NCBI RefSeq assembly: GCF_001186125.1
Contig: NW_014040452.1
Span: 60,232 to 80,231, forward strand
From: Sphaeroforma arctica JP610
Taxonomy: Eukaryota
Direction of reading: 5' to 3'
DNA length: 20,000 nt
A program made the position numbers and the translations under genes. The notes beneath the pieces were generated by a model. The model saw only the letters and a program-made list of their open reading frames with translations, searched no databases and was not told where the DNA came from. Shown here in pieces: positions 9,036 to 20,000 of this stretch (position 1 is the first letter of the stretch; every line of letters begins with the position of its first letter).

Positions 9036-10141
9036 CCCCTACATGTTGATACCAATTCAAGGTAATTCTGCGTCGCATTGTGTCATGGCATCATTTTATT
9101 ATAGCATCGTCATTATAATGGTAAATTAAAATTCCGAGGTATAGCTGTTCTTCCTTGTTTGCAGTCCAAATCAACAACGAAAAGTTCATGTTGTGCCTGG
9201 TAACCAGCACATTGTAGCAATAGATATGCCAGCTTCACGTGCGGATTCTTGAGTGCTACGGGTCCCAACCCGCTATTGCATACCTGTCTGAATATTATCC
9301 ATCCACCTGAATTATTGGATTCGAACCCTAAAGAGAATACAGGAATCAAAAGTGAATGAACAAATTTGAAGAACTAAAAAAGAGGTTCGGAGTCGGGGGG
9401 TGGATTTGAACATATGATTTTATATTTGCTGCCGACAACACTGAACTCATAGCCTCTTTGGACCCAGTGAGTAGCGATAAACGACTCTATAACAGCATCA
9501 CAGTCCATTGCTAGTTGTGTTGCGTCTCATCTACAGATACGCACATACTTGGCACTCATTCCCCAACTTAATTTTAGTAATTTGTAATTAATATACAATA
9601 TAGCTATACATTGATGGAACCCAACTTAATACATCTACAATGTAGCTGTGTCTGGGACCTCGATGTATCAGACATACTATGTCTTTATTTACAGTCAATA
9701 TCGATAACGCAAGGGCAATGTTGTACCCGGTAATCAACACGATATAACTTTCATGACGGTTTCACATTCCATTACATTAGTGCTAAGGGTCTTTTGATCC
9801 CCTAGGTGGGATTCACTTTGAATCCTAGCCCGACCACTTGACTGATTTGATTCGAGCCCTAAAGGGTAAAGACTTCCAGCCGATTCGGGTGTCGATTGGA
9901 ACTTGCAGCAATTTATTATGCAGATGAAACCTTTCAAAGCAAGGCCTCCATGGACCCGGTACATATTGTAGTCTAGCACAACAAAATTGCAACCGATTAT
10001 TATTACTATAACTTCTAACTCGCAGATGCAATTCTTACTTGAACGGTTTCTTTCAGGGCATAAGAGTGTAAAATTATTAGAACGAAGTAAACCAACAGTA
10101 TTCCTTAGGCAAACTTAAGGACCTCAATCGCCTGTCGAATA

Positions 10142-10702
10142 AATCTGATTTTTACTGTGCAGTTTATATGTGCCGCATCCTAAAGCATTGGTAGAAAATA
10201 TCTGATTTTCAAGGTTAAGATACAAATATAGGTTTTATTGGCAATCGAAATCACCAAGGGGATGCTCAAATTGTACAAGGTATCCAGTACAGTGAAACAT
10301 ACATTTGATTGCATCACAGCCCGTTTTTGGAGCCGTATGCTCTCAACAAAAAAGCTTACTCACTCCGTTCCTACCCTTCAAGCTGAAGGGGCTCATAACT
10401 TTTATTGCAGTGTTTACGATTGAATCTACTTTTGCTGCGCAGTTTAACTGTGCTGCATCCTTAAAGCATTGGTAGAAACGATATGATTTTATAGGCTGAG
10501 ATAAAAATATAAGTTCTATTGACAGTTGATATCACCAAGGAGATGCCCAAATTGTACCAGATAAACAGTACAGTAAAACATACATTTGACTGCATCACAG
10601 CCCGTTTTTGGTGGCGTATGCTCTCAGCAAAATAATGCTTGCTCACTCCGTCCCTACCCTTCAAGCTGAAGGGGCTCATAACAGTAATTGCAGTGTTTAA
10701 TG
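10142..10702. repeat. ~281-bp tandem duplication (10142-10422, 10423-~10702)
   Basis: Collinear anchors: TAAAGCATTGGTAGAAA, ATCACCAAGG, AAACATACATTTGA, TGCATCACAGCCCGTTTTTGG, CCTACCCTTCAAGCTGAAGGGGCTCATAAC. Confidence 0.95.
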
Positions 10703-11036
10703 TCACATATATCACATTTCTCCTCGTCTATGCAGGTGGCGAACTCACAGCGTGGCATCGAAGTTGTGCGCTAATAATGGAAAAGGTTTACATATTACAC
10801 ACGTACTTATTCGGCATCGATTGTTTTCGTAAAGTTGCGGACCACGTTGGATTAAAGCATAGTCACGTATACTTGATTTGTAATTTCGAATCCAATTGAT
10901 ATTGGCACTATATACTGCTCGATTTTGAATTATCAATGAGTTTGAGCTTCTCTGAAACCAGAACAGATTCCACTCTAATTCTAGATCACACAGTTATACA
11001 AATATACATCAAAATAAAGCATGTATCATTGAGAAT

Positions 11037-14000
11037 TTATTGCACATGCTCAGTAGGCTTGACATATAGGTGTGTGGCTACGTTGCCCGTTGCAAAGCTG
11101 ATCGTGACATCGTCCGAAATAGAGTGGAGACTCAACTTCGGTAGTGCAATCAATCCACAGGCTAATGGACACAACTGGTAGGTGTGCGACTGACTCGACA
11201 TGGGCAATACCCTCACTTTACTATATTTGTAACCTGTGTTTGAAATGGTATGCAATAGCGATGGTATAAGAAGGCAATTACCGTCATTTCATTCGAATCT
11301 ATGATGTGGCAGCAAGAGCCACCAATAAATCCACACATCATTGTTCTCAGTGAAGGCGAAAACAATCTCAAAACCAGCTTTGTTCCGGTAAGAAAAAACT
11401 AATACCAGCGGCAGCAAAGCCAACTATGTATGCCAGCGGGCGTAGATGCGATTACAGATAAACGTGCTTATATTTTGAAGCGCCGTCCGACACTTAGTTT
11501 CTAGTCAAAACACATTGCTTGAGTGCACAGATAGCTGTATCACGATAAGCATCGTCCATATTTTCAACCTTATTGAAACGCTAATATCCGTTGGGCAAAC
11601 AGCTATGGGTCCATGGTTTTAAAGACGTTCAACCCTATTTATGCAAGCTTACGTAATCGAAGCAGCTGTAGATCGTGCTGTTTGTATGCTAGCCTTCTAT
11701 GCACATACCTGAAAACATGAATGAATCGCTGGCTTCCATTGTGAATGCCACGTGTTGTACTCTATTCGATTTGTTGAATAGCCGATGTGTAACGGTCAGC
11801 GGCGTATTGAGGAAGCCAACCGATGCAATGTCTGTGCAATTGCAGGCAAGTACAGGTAACATGCGAACTCAAATTGAATATGGTTTTGACATTAATGATA
11901 CTGAGTTTGGATTTTTATGCTTGCCCCACTCAACATCCAAACTCGACGGGCGACGCGACGCGTATGTACGGTACAGCATCCAATGCACAGTGACATAGAT
12001 GTACAAGTGCCAGATGCCGGCCATATATGTACTGCACTACTCTAAATATCATCGGGTGCGACTACACACTATTGAACAATTAGCTAAGAAAGTAGCGCGC
12101 ATACATACCTGTTTCAAGTACGAGCGGCTGCCTTTCAATTACAACTGATGGCAACAATATGACAGAGCTGCCCCGTCGATTCTCTTTTGTGCTGTAGCAG
12201 TGAAGTAAGGGACAAAATCATTAGGGTGCAAGCACTCGACTGTATAACGAATGCGTATGTCTTCTTATTAGATAAGTCACGAAGGTGGACACAGCACCGA
12301 AAGGGCTCTTCCCGTCGCGAACTGATTTGAAGACAAACTTTGCTAACTTAGACACTGTCGGTTGCGAAATTTTTTATAGTAGGGAAAAGAGCTGGGCCCC
12401 AGAAACGAAGCCCGACAGCAGGTCAAAAAATCGTGAACTATACGGATGCAGATAAACATGCCATCAACACTCAGTAGGCCGCAGTATTCATATAACACAA
12501 GTAATACCTTTTCCAGTGGATGAGCATCTCACCCACGTCCACAACCTTACTGTGTCCTACTGGCAAATCTAGATTGCACCTCAGATACAGGCATTCGCTC
12601 CAAGCGTGCTCACAATATAAATTAAAGTCTTTTCGACTGACGTGAGATGTGCCCTGCGCCATTTCTATATCTGAGGATAGCTGCAATTCAGTTGATAACA
12701 CATCGATCCTGTGCCAGCCGCAGTCACATATGGTGTGAAATTGGAGGGTAAAGTTCAGTAAGCATAAGTGAAAACGGATTGTATAAATCCGTAATTGGTG
12801 AGCGGCAAGCAGTATAAAACAAAAAGGCTCCCCAGACAAATATATGCAATAAGCTTGGCAAAAGCTCGCAACAACCGATCATCATGAGCAACTATTATAG
12901 ATAATGAAAACCTATGTGCAGTGTAGCAGCGATTTCAAGCTCCATTGAAACAATTCCCACAAGCTGTACTAAATTTACTTACTCAAACGGAATTTTGCTG
13001 ATCGCATCCACCATAACCATAAAGGTGTCTCCAGAGGCGACCGCATCCTCTCGTACAGGCCTATGGGAAATTAAATACGAGTCAGAACTCCAATAGTACT
13101 TTGTATGATTTAAAAATTATCCTAGGCATATGTATACAAATCGATTTTAGCTACTGAGCGCTCGACTAAGCGAATGCACGCCACCACACGCCCAATCAGA
13201 TCAGCCTGAGGGTTTGTTCCATGAGCAAACAATTGCCCATTATGTTACAGCGAATGATACCATGTGTAAGATGAACAAGACAGACATGCGCGCGTTCGAG
13301 ATGAACAATAAAACAACGATACGTGTACCTAAATTGGTGGGCCACCTTAGCTTGCCATTCGAACGGCTCGATGACTGTCAGTGGGAAAGAGAGCTCACTG
13401 ACAGTAGCCACCCCTTGGCACATATAAGACAACCGCACCGCCAATGCACGCTCATCCACATCTGTCAAATTATGCAGGAAGAAGGACAGGTCGTGTGTGA
13501 CACCAGACAACAGTTCAGGCAGCGGCTTCTCCAATGTGTGCGTGAGAGTGTAGTTATCTGCGTTCTGATTGTCCCTGAAATGGAAATGAGCAATAACGCC
13601 ACGAGCACGTGAGTTTAGATAAGCAGCAAAGGGACGAAAGCGAGAGCCATCTAAATGACGACAAACCATGACTGATAAAATTTCAAGAAACGACACATAG
13701 TCTGCGAGCTGGTTGCATGGTTGGTGCAGCAACAACTAAAACCCGACGTGATCGAAACGATTTTGATGTACGAGATGCACACAAGACCATGGATATCAAT
13801 CAGTATGTATCTGATACACCTGCACGACATTGTCAATGTGCACAGAAAGTTGTGCATACAACACAGAAGGAATAGCACATATAGACAAAGCCTAGTTCAG
13901 CACGCGTCGTATTGGGTACACAATGAGTCCTACATACCCATGCATTATTTCAGATTGTACGGAACCGTCGCTGCCGTTTGCAGAAATCGCGTCTGCACTC

Positions 14001-17000
14001 CATGATAGCAGGCCTCCGCGGAACAACTCGATACTCGCTCTCCTTGCAAGCGCATTCGGACTAGCACTCAGGTCCCGCGTAGACTCCCAGAGCTCGATAC
14101 GCAAATCAGTGACCATATCGTCTTCATGATTTGTCACCTGTATCAGTATGGGGCTCACTTCTCCAGTGACAGCTGTGATACTATCTAGTTCCACCATACG
14201 ACCAAAGCCATCTGAACCAAGACCCATGTATTTCCTATTTGAAACCGTTCTGGCCGTCGATTTGGACCGCGCCAGGGTCACATCAACTGCCAAGGCGTCC
14301 TCATGCGCCAAATTTTCGAGGGACAAATTGTCTGGAGTACTTCTGGGCGTCGTTGGTTTCTTTATATTCAAGTGCGAAGAAATAGCAGCTTCCAACATAT
14401 GTCCGGGAACGGGCATTTCCTTCTCTGGCACATCCGCATCTGAGGTGAATGTTATATCCACGTCATTGCTGTTGCTTTCCCTGTGCACCAGCCGCACCTT
14501 CATCTGGGATGGCCTGGGGGTGAGTCGTGCGGACCATCGCTCATTATGGAATATGCTCAACGCCTCCGAATGGCTGTTGAGGACATCGATTTCCACCCCT
14601 CTTCTCCTATCGCGCTCGTCACATATGAGACCAATACGCCTCCTCGAGTAATCCACTGTAGAATCCGCGCCCAAAGAGCCTGTTGTGCTGTTTACAAGAG
14701 TATTGGCACTCCCGCTGATGGAGCGTCTCTGAGAAGTAGCCGGCAAATCCAAGGCTATCGCATTCTTGCCGGGATTCGCACCACTGCCCAGCCCGTTGTC
14801 TGCATGGAGTATGCGTGGCTGATCAAAGACTAACCTCGGTACTAAGCCAGCGAAGTGGGTGTCGGCCTGCTCTCCTGCAACCTTGGGAACATCTAACAAA
14901 TCTAGAGTCAACTCCACCCGGGAAACCTCCAATAGACGGCTACCAGCCGCTCCCCCGGTCGCACCCATAATGAGTGTGTATGTGCGCGGCACCTCAGGAG
15001 TGAGTGTCAGGTCAGCGTATGTACGTTCATTGGCTGATACAGTACACACCACCGGCTCTGCAGACAGTGCGCTGGTGTCTACCACTGCACTCAATGGCGT
15101 GTCCTGGTGGTGTATTGTACTCCTCTCGTTTAGGGTTGCCTCTGTCATGGCGATACTAAGAGAAGCTAGCTTGATGGTCTGGGGTAGATTTGACACCACG
15201 TTGACGGACACACACACTTCGTCCACGATTGTATACGTGGGGCTTTGAATGCACACAGAACAGTTAATTATGGGTAAACACTCACTCATTGCTATTCTCA
15301 GAGCGGGAGTGCTTGCAGGCTTATCCATGCTTAACACGTTCGTAGAATCGAGTAGCTCATCGCTTGAAGCCATTGCAGGTGAATCAGATTTGTTTCCGCT
15401 GCTTCTAGCGGTGTGGCTTGCTTTCGTGATGATCCACTCCAAAGAACTATCAGCTGGTGACATCAGGGTGAGATCAGAGGACGTGGTGGGTATGAGAAGA
15501 TTCTCTGCTGACGTGCTTGAATCCACTCCCTTCTGCACGTTTATGTCCCCTAGCGCTCTGGCCAGGCGCAAACAGGCGTCGCGTTCAGCGTGTGAGCCAT
15601 TGAATGTGCGACTGGAACATTCCAACGCCAGCTGCATGGCGCGGTCAAGACGGCCTAAAGCACAAGCACACACGAGCGATGAGCGCAGTACAATGTCCAC
15701 TAGTACATCCCAGCCATCTCGTCTGTATTCTACATGAACCTGTATAACAAAGAAAGAGGCCACACAGACGCGAAGCAAACAAGTTGTCAGTCTTACCCTT
15801 ACGCGCACATACGGACAATTTATTTTGAAAAACCAAGCCAACTGTGGCATTTATATATATTACCTTTTCGTAGACTAAGAAGGCGCGTTCGTAAAGCTGT
15901 GCCCTGAGGTACTGATCGGCAATTTGAACAGCTATACACCTGAGTGATAGACATAAAACTAATGAGCAAAGGATCACCACGGGCAAGCTCAAAATAAAGC
16001 TATTTTGGGTGAATTGGAAGGTAGATAGTCGCGGAGTGAGAGCACTGGTCACCCACCGACAGCTCACAATCACACAGAATTGAGGAAAACATGCACACAC
16101 GGGTCATCGATTGCATTTGCATCCAGCATTGCACAGACAACAGTACCACCTGATATGAGCAAGCGGAGATAATCCTCCGACTGAACATACGCTATCCCTA
16201 CCTTGTCATACGTGCGCATTTGAAGCGTTTGTACTGTATGCGAGCTTGGGCAAGTAGTTCTACCACCTCATTGACAAAGTCAGCCTCTTGCATCTACAGA
16301 AAAAAACATGAGAGAAGAATGAGATCAGCAAAATAGTCAGATAAGTAAGGTCGCGTTGTAGCTACACTGACTAACTGCTAATATGCAACCGCGACAAGAC
16401 AAGAGAATGATCACCTTTTCCCCTTCCCACGTCGATTGCCTACACCCACATCTCGACGAAAGAAAATAAAAACCACTCCGTTTACAGCACAATTTGAGGT
16501 AGGCTATAATATTTACCTGCGCAGCTTGTCCGAGTACTTGTATCATCTCTTGGCCGACAAAAGTGTTCGCAGGTTTATTTTCCGAGCCATCGCGATCTAT
16601 GGAAGCCAGCCTATATAGACTTGCGGAGGCCAGATCCTGGGTACAAGTAGAGCGCAATGGTTTGTATCAGATCGGACATTGCACATGAAGTGTGACACGA
16701 TTGTAAGTATACTATCGAATTTTCTATAGCGCTTCTGCTGGTCAACGTGGAAGTACGCACAAACTGATCGGACGGTGCGCCGTAGTCTACTGAGGATAGG
16801 AATGTTGCCATTTCGAGAAGAACATCCAAGTCTAATAAATAATACACGAAAAATATATATCCGATCGGGAGTGATAAATCAGTGAAACGATGCTTTTCCA
16901 ACTAAAAAAATCTCCCGGCTCACAAGTGATTCCAAGGTTGATACGAATGAGCTACTACCGAACGATTGGTCAGAGCGAAGAAGTATTTGCTACATACAAA

Positions 17001-19281
17001 CAAGTCCGTCCAATCGGAAAGAAATCATGCGGGAGGCGGGGACGGTCAACACGCGCGCACTTACTGTGTCTACAATTTGTCGATAACAACTGTGTCTCTT
17101 GATGGCTACCACAGCTGCCTGACGCAGATAGAAACCGGGGTGATGGCTTTGGTCAGCTTGTACTGCTCCTATGGATACTGCCTGCATTACCAAAACAGAG
17201 TTAAATCCGCATAAGTGATATACGTCTCACATCGTTGCTAAATACAAATGCGGTTGTTGAGCCTTAGGATGACGTTCGAAAAGGAGGGTCGAGAAACAAG
17301 AACGTCTCAAGAAAAGCTATGGTTTGTAGAAACAGTGTTACTGTAGTCTCAGCCGATTATGAGCAAGCACTCAACACGCCCCGCAGGCTACAAACAGGCG
17401 AAGAATATATATGCTCACGAATCGCCAGTGGATTGACACGGATAGTCCGAAACACAGTGTCAGAGTTTTGTGAACTAGGCTGCAAATATATATACTACAC
17501 AGTCATACGATTGGCAGCCACCATAAAAACGCCTACCAAGCAAAAGGAAGCAGGTAATAGACTAAGAGGGCTAGCGAACATACACACGTACCTGCAAAAA
17601 GAGCTCCCCAAACACTTGATATTGTCTGCTGATCCAGCTGAGATGCCGGAACGAATCCACAATGGAATCACTGATAGCCGCCGACATGTTGGCGTGCGGT
17701 GTGGCGAGTGTGGGAACTTCTTTGAAGTGCGACAGATGGCGACGGAACAATTCTATGGCCTTCCAATGATTAAGTACTAATTGTAAACTGTATTGCGCGA
17801 AAAACAGAGCAAATAGTCATTCGACAGGAATACGATGGTACATGCAAATATACTGTATTCGGTTGTGCATATGTTCAAGTCGAACCAAACATGTGCAGGC
17901 TGCCGTCCATATGCACAATAGATAAAAAATAGCTTCTTCATCGATGCGAAAAGGTCTATGAATCAAATAAAGAAGTGCCCTAGCTTAATACCTCTGGTAG
18001 CGAGAGTAAGTATATCATCAAACTGATTGATAGCAGTCACCACACCTGCACGAGCGATGGTTGATGAGCCCTGCCATAGCTTTGATCTCATTCTTCTGCA
18101 CATGTGTCATGGACTGGCTTCGGCTCTGGCGCAGAGTCAGCAGTTCCGAGTACGCGGACGAGTAGTGGCGAATGGCCTCGTGACTGCGAGAGAGGGTTTC
18201 ATTGAAGAAGGCGAGCTTGAATTGGTGACGGATGGTATACACACTGTATCCTGGCGCTCCAGCCGGCACGCGGTGGCTGCGGATTCGCCCAGCTTGTTCT
18301 GAGTAGATTATATGAGAGATGCGCTGAGATATTAGCGTTCTGAATGTGCTTGTGTGTTTTGAGTATCTATAGTTAAGAGCGGGCTCAAGTATACCGAATA
18401 ATTTCTACCGGCATATCAATGGGCGGACTAGACCCATATGTATGAAAAATCTCATCACAATTTTTTAAATGGGTAGGTACGCCACGGGATACGAGGGTAA
18501 CCTCGAGGTGAGGTGAATCAATAGTCTAGTAAGCTAGACGCTTGTGCGTACTGAAATCGAATGCATATGCGATTTAAATTGGACATTGCATTTTAGCTAT
18601 GCAGTAAATGACTAGCGCACGTCTGCCCAGGTTCGCAAGTTATGGATGAGATTGATATAATATACATACCATCGATGGCTGCGCTAGCCAAGTCCTTGAA
18701 TACGCTGTCCAGCCGGTTGACATAGCCCTGGAATACGTCGGGATTCTTCTCTTTCTCATTTACCGGCAGAATGAACAGCGAATTCTTGCCCTCCACTTCG
18801 CACGCACGTCGAAAACTGATAGCACGCACGTCCGCCTGTGGATCATCTGAAGAACACACGACACACGACACTTGAGGAATCAGTACACGGCTCCACACTT
18901 CTGAACATCCATGTTTATATCCTTTTGTCCGTGTTTATAATCTTTCTCCTCACTACATTGCAATTAAATAAAGCCATTATTATTCCAGGTATCGCACTGT
19001 CTAGAGATCAGAAGGCACGGCATCCAAATGTATTCGACAACTACATCCACATAACGCTAGCTTATAGATCACTGAGAGCACACACCTTTGAGATATGTGA
19101 TTTGATGCAGCAACACGACCACCAGCTTACACAACCGTCCCTCCAAGCTTTTGCGCACGGCAGTCAAATGAGCGGCACATTCGGATTCCATTCGAGACCA
19201 GTATGGATCGTTCCACTCCAATTCGAAGAACACAACCATCACCGACGGTAGTGCATGCATGTGTTTGAACATCCAGTTGCT
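11037..19281 (-). CDS. TRAPPC11: Trafficking protein particle complex subunit 11 (foie gras/gryzun), multi-exon, 5' end incomplete
   Basis: Reconstructed GT-AG exons: 19086-19281, 18670-18846, 18046-18298, 17592-17787, 17065-17181, 16761-16786 (tentative), 16517-16610, 16202-16293, 15864-15939, 13938-15739, 13329-13574, 12983-13060, 12508-12708, 12109-12191, 11709-11831, 11037-11233. Phases join consistently (3957 nt, 1318 aa plus stop). Motifs matching animal TRAPPC11 as I recall it: WMFKH..LPSVMVVFFELEWNDPYW...SECA, IRHQFKLAFF, EIKAMAGLIN, WISRQYQVFGELF, HPGFY, YKRFKCARM, YRRDGW, STELQL, SDSFMFSG, LYVKP*. Confidence 0.93.
13938..15739 (-). CDS. TRAPPC11: Large central exon of TRAPPC11 (1802 nt)
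   Basis: Lies within ORF 13892-15850. Acceptor ATACAG|GTTCAT and donor CATGG|GTATGT. Begins VHVEYRRDGWDVLVDIVLRSSLVCA. Confidence 0.85.
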
Positions 19282-19560
19282 CTGCGAATATCGAAGGTTA
19301 AAAATTTCATGACAAGATATGCATGCTCCCAATTAGATTATTATTTTCAGGGGATGCTTTTGGTCTGGATATAATATTATGTGGGCAAAGAAGATATATT
19401 TAATTGGTACCATATCTGCTACTTTGAAGAGTCCACTGCCTGTTCATCTACTCCAGACAGTCGAACGGGTCACTAACCAATAAGTCCAGATGTCGAATAA
19501 AAAAAGCATCAATGACTGCTCTACATCTTTCTCTCTCTTATTTTTCCTATCACTCCAAAA

Positions 19561-19577
19561 ACAAACACACACACAAC

Positions 19578-19626
<49 letters not shown>

Positions 19627-19756
19627 CCCCGCTATGTACTCATACATCTCTTTATGAACATACATGTATGAATATATACAGATATATTAAAACATATCAA
19701 GAAACACACACAGACACACGCACACACACTGACCACACACCGACATACAGATACAC

Positions 19757-19792
<36 letters not shown>

Positions 19793-19831
19793 ACGCACAC
19801 ACACTGACCACACACCGACATACAGATACAC

Positions 19832-19869
<38 letters not shown>

Positions 19870-19880
19870 GTGTGTGTATG
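19561..19880. repeat. Compound (CA)n microsatellite with an internally duplicated ~75-bp interrupted block
   Basis: Long CA runs; CAGACACACGCACACACACTGACCACACACCGACATACAGATACACACACGCAC occurs twice (~19711 and ~19786). Confidence 0.95.
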
Positions 19881-19889
19881 TATGTTTCA

Positions 19890-20000
19890 TGACAAATATA
19901 CAAATACAAATACAAATAAAAATACAAATATACTTACATATGTATATAAATATAAATATAAATATATATATATATACTATATATATATATATATATATAT
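19890..20000. repeat. AT-rich simple repeats (AAATAC, TAAATA, (TA)n)
   Basis: Directly visible; runs to the end of the window. Confidence 0.95.

Noticed and set aside
13214..15737. Plus-strand ORFs (e.g. 14148-14651, 15249-15737)
   Set aside because: They are antisense shadows of TRAPPC11 exons.
19444..19927. His/Thr- and Cys/Val-repeat ORFs
   Set aside because: They are translations of the (CA)n microsatellite.

Overview
Eukaryotic genomic DNA with three parts. (1) 1-4933 (+): the 3' ~4.9 kb of a mildly decayed Ty1/copia LTR retrotransposon: gag with three tandem CCHC knuckles, aspartic protease, integrase, RT, RNase H, PPT and a probable ~172-bp 3' LTR. Its pol polyprotein carries an extra ~147-codon domain (about 1013-1455) between protease and integrase core. 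This domain has the motifs of a phage-Dam/DIRS1-type DNA N6-adenine methyltransferase (IDLFASKHN ... YGN[Q]PW ... VIMV-P-KPRASWW). It is split across frames, so the ORF track hides it; this is the main finding. (2) About 4990-10700: intergenic DNA with a probable degenerate DIRS/Ngaro-like reverse-transcriptase relic (- strand) and several diverged tandem or dispersed repeats. (3) 11037 to beyond 19281 (-): an intron-rich TRAPPC11 (foie gras/gryzun) gene. I reconstructed 16 GT-AG exons with consistent phases; the 5' end runs into CA/TA microsatellites and is not resolved. All homology calls come from recalled family motifs, not database searches.
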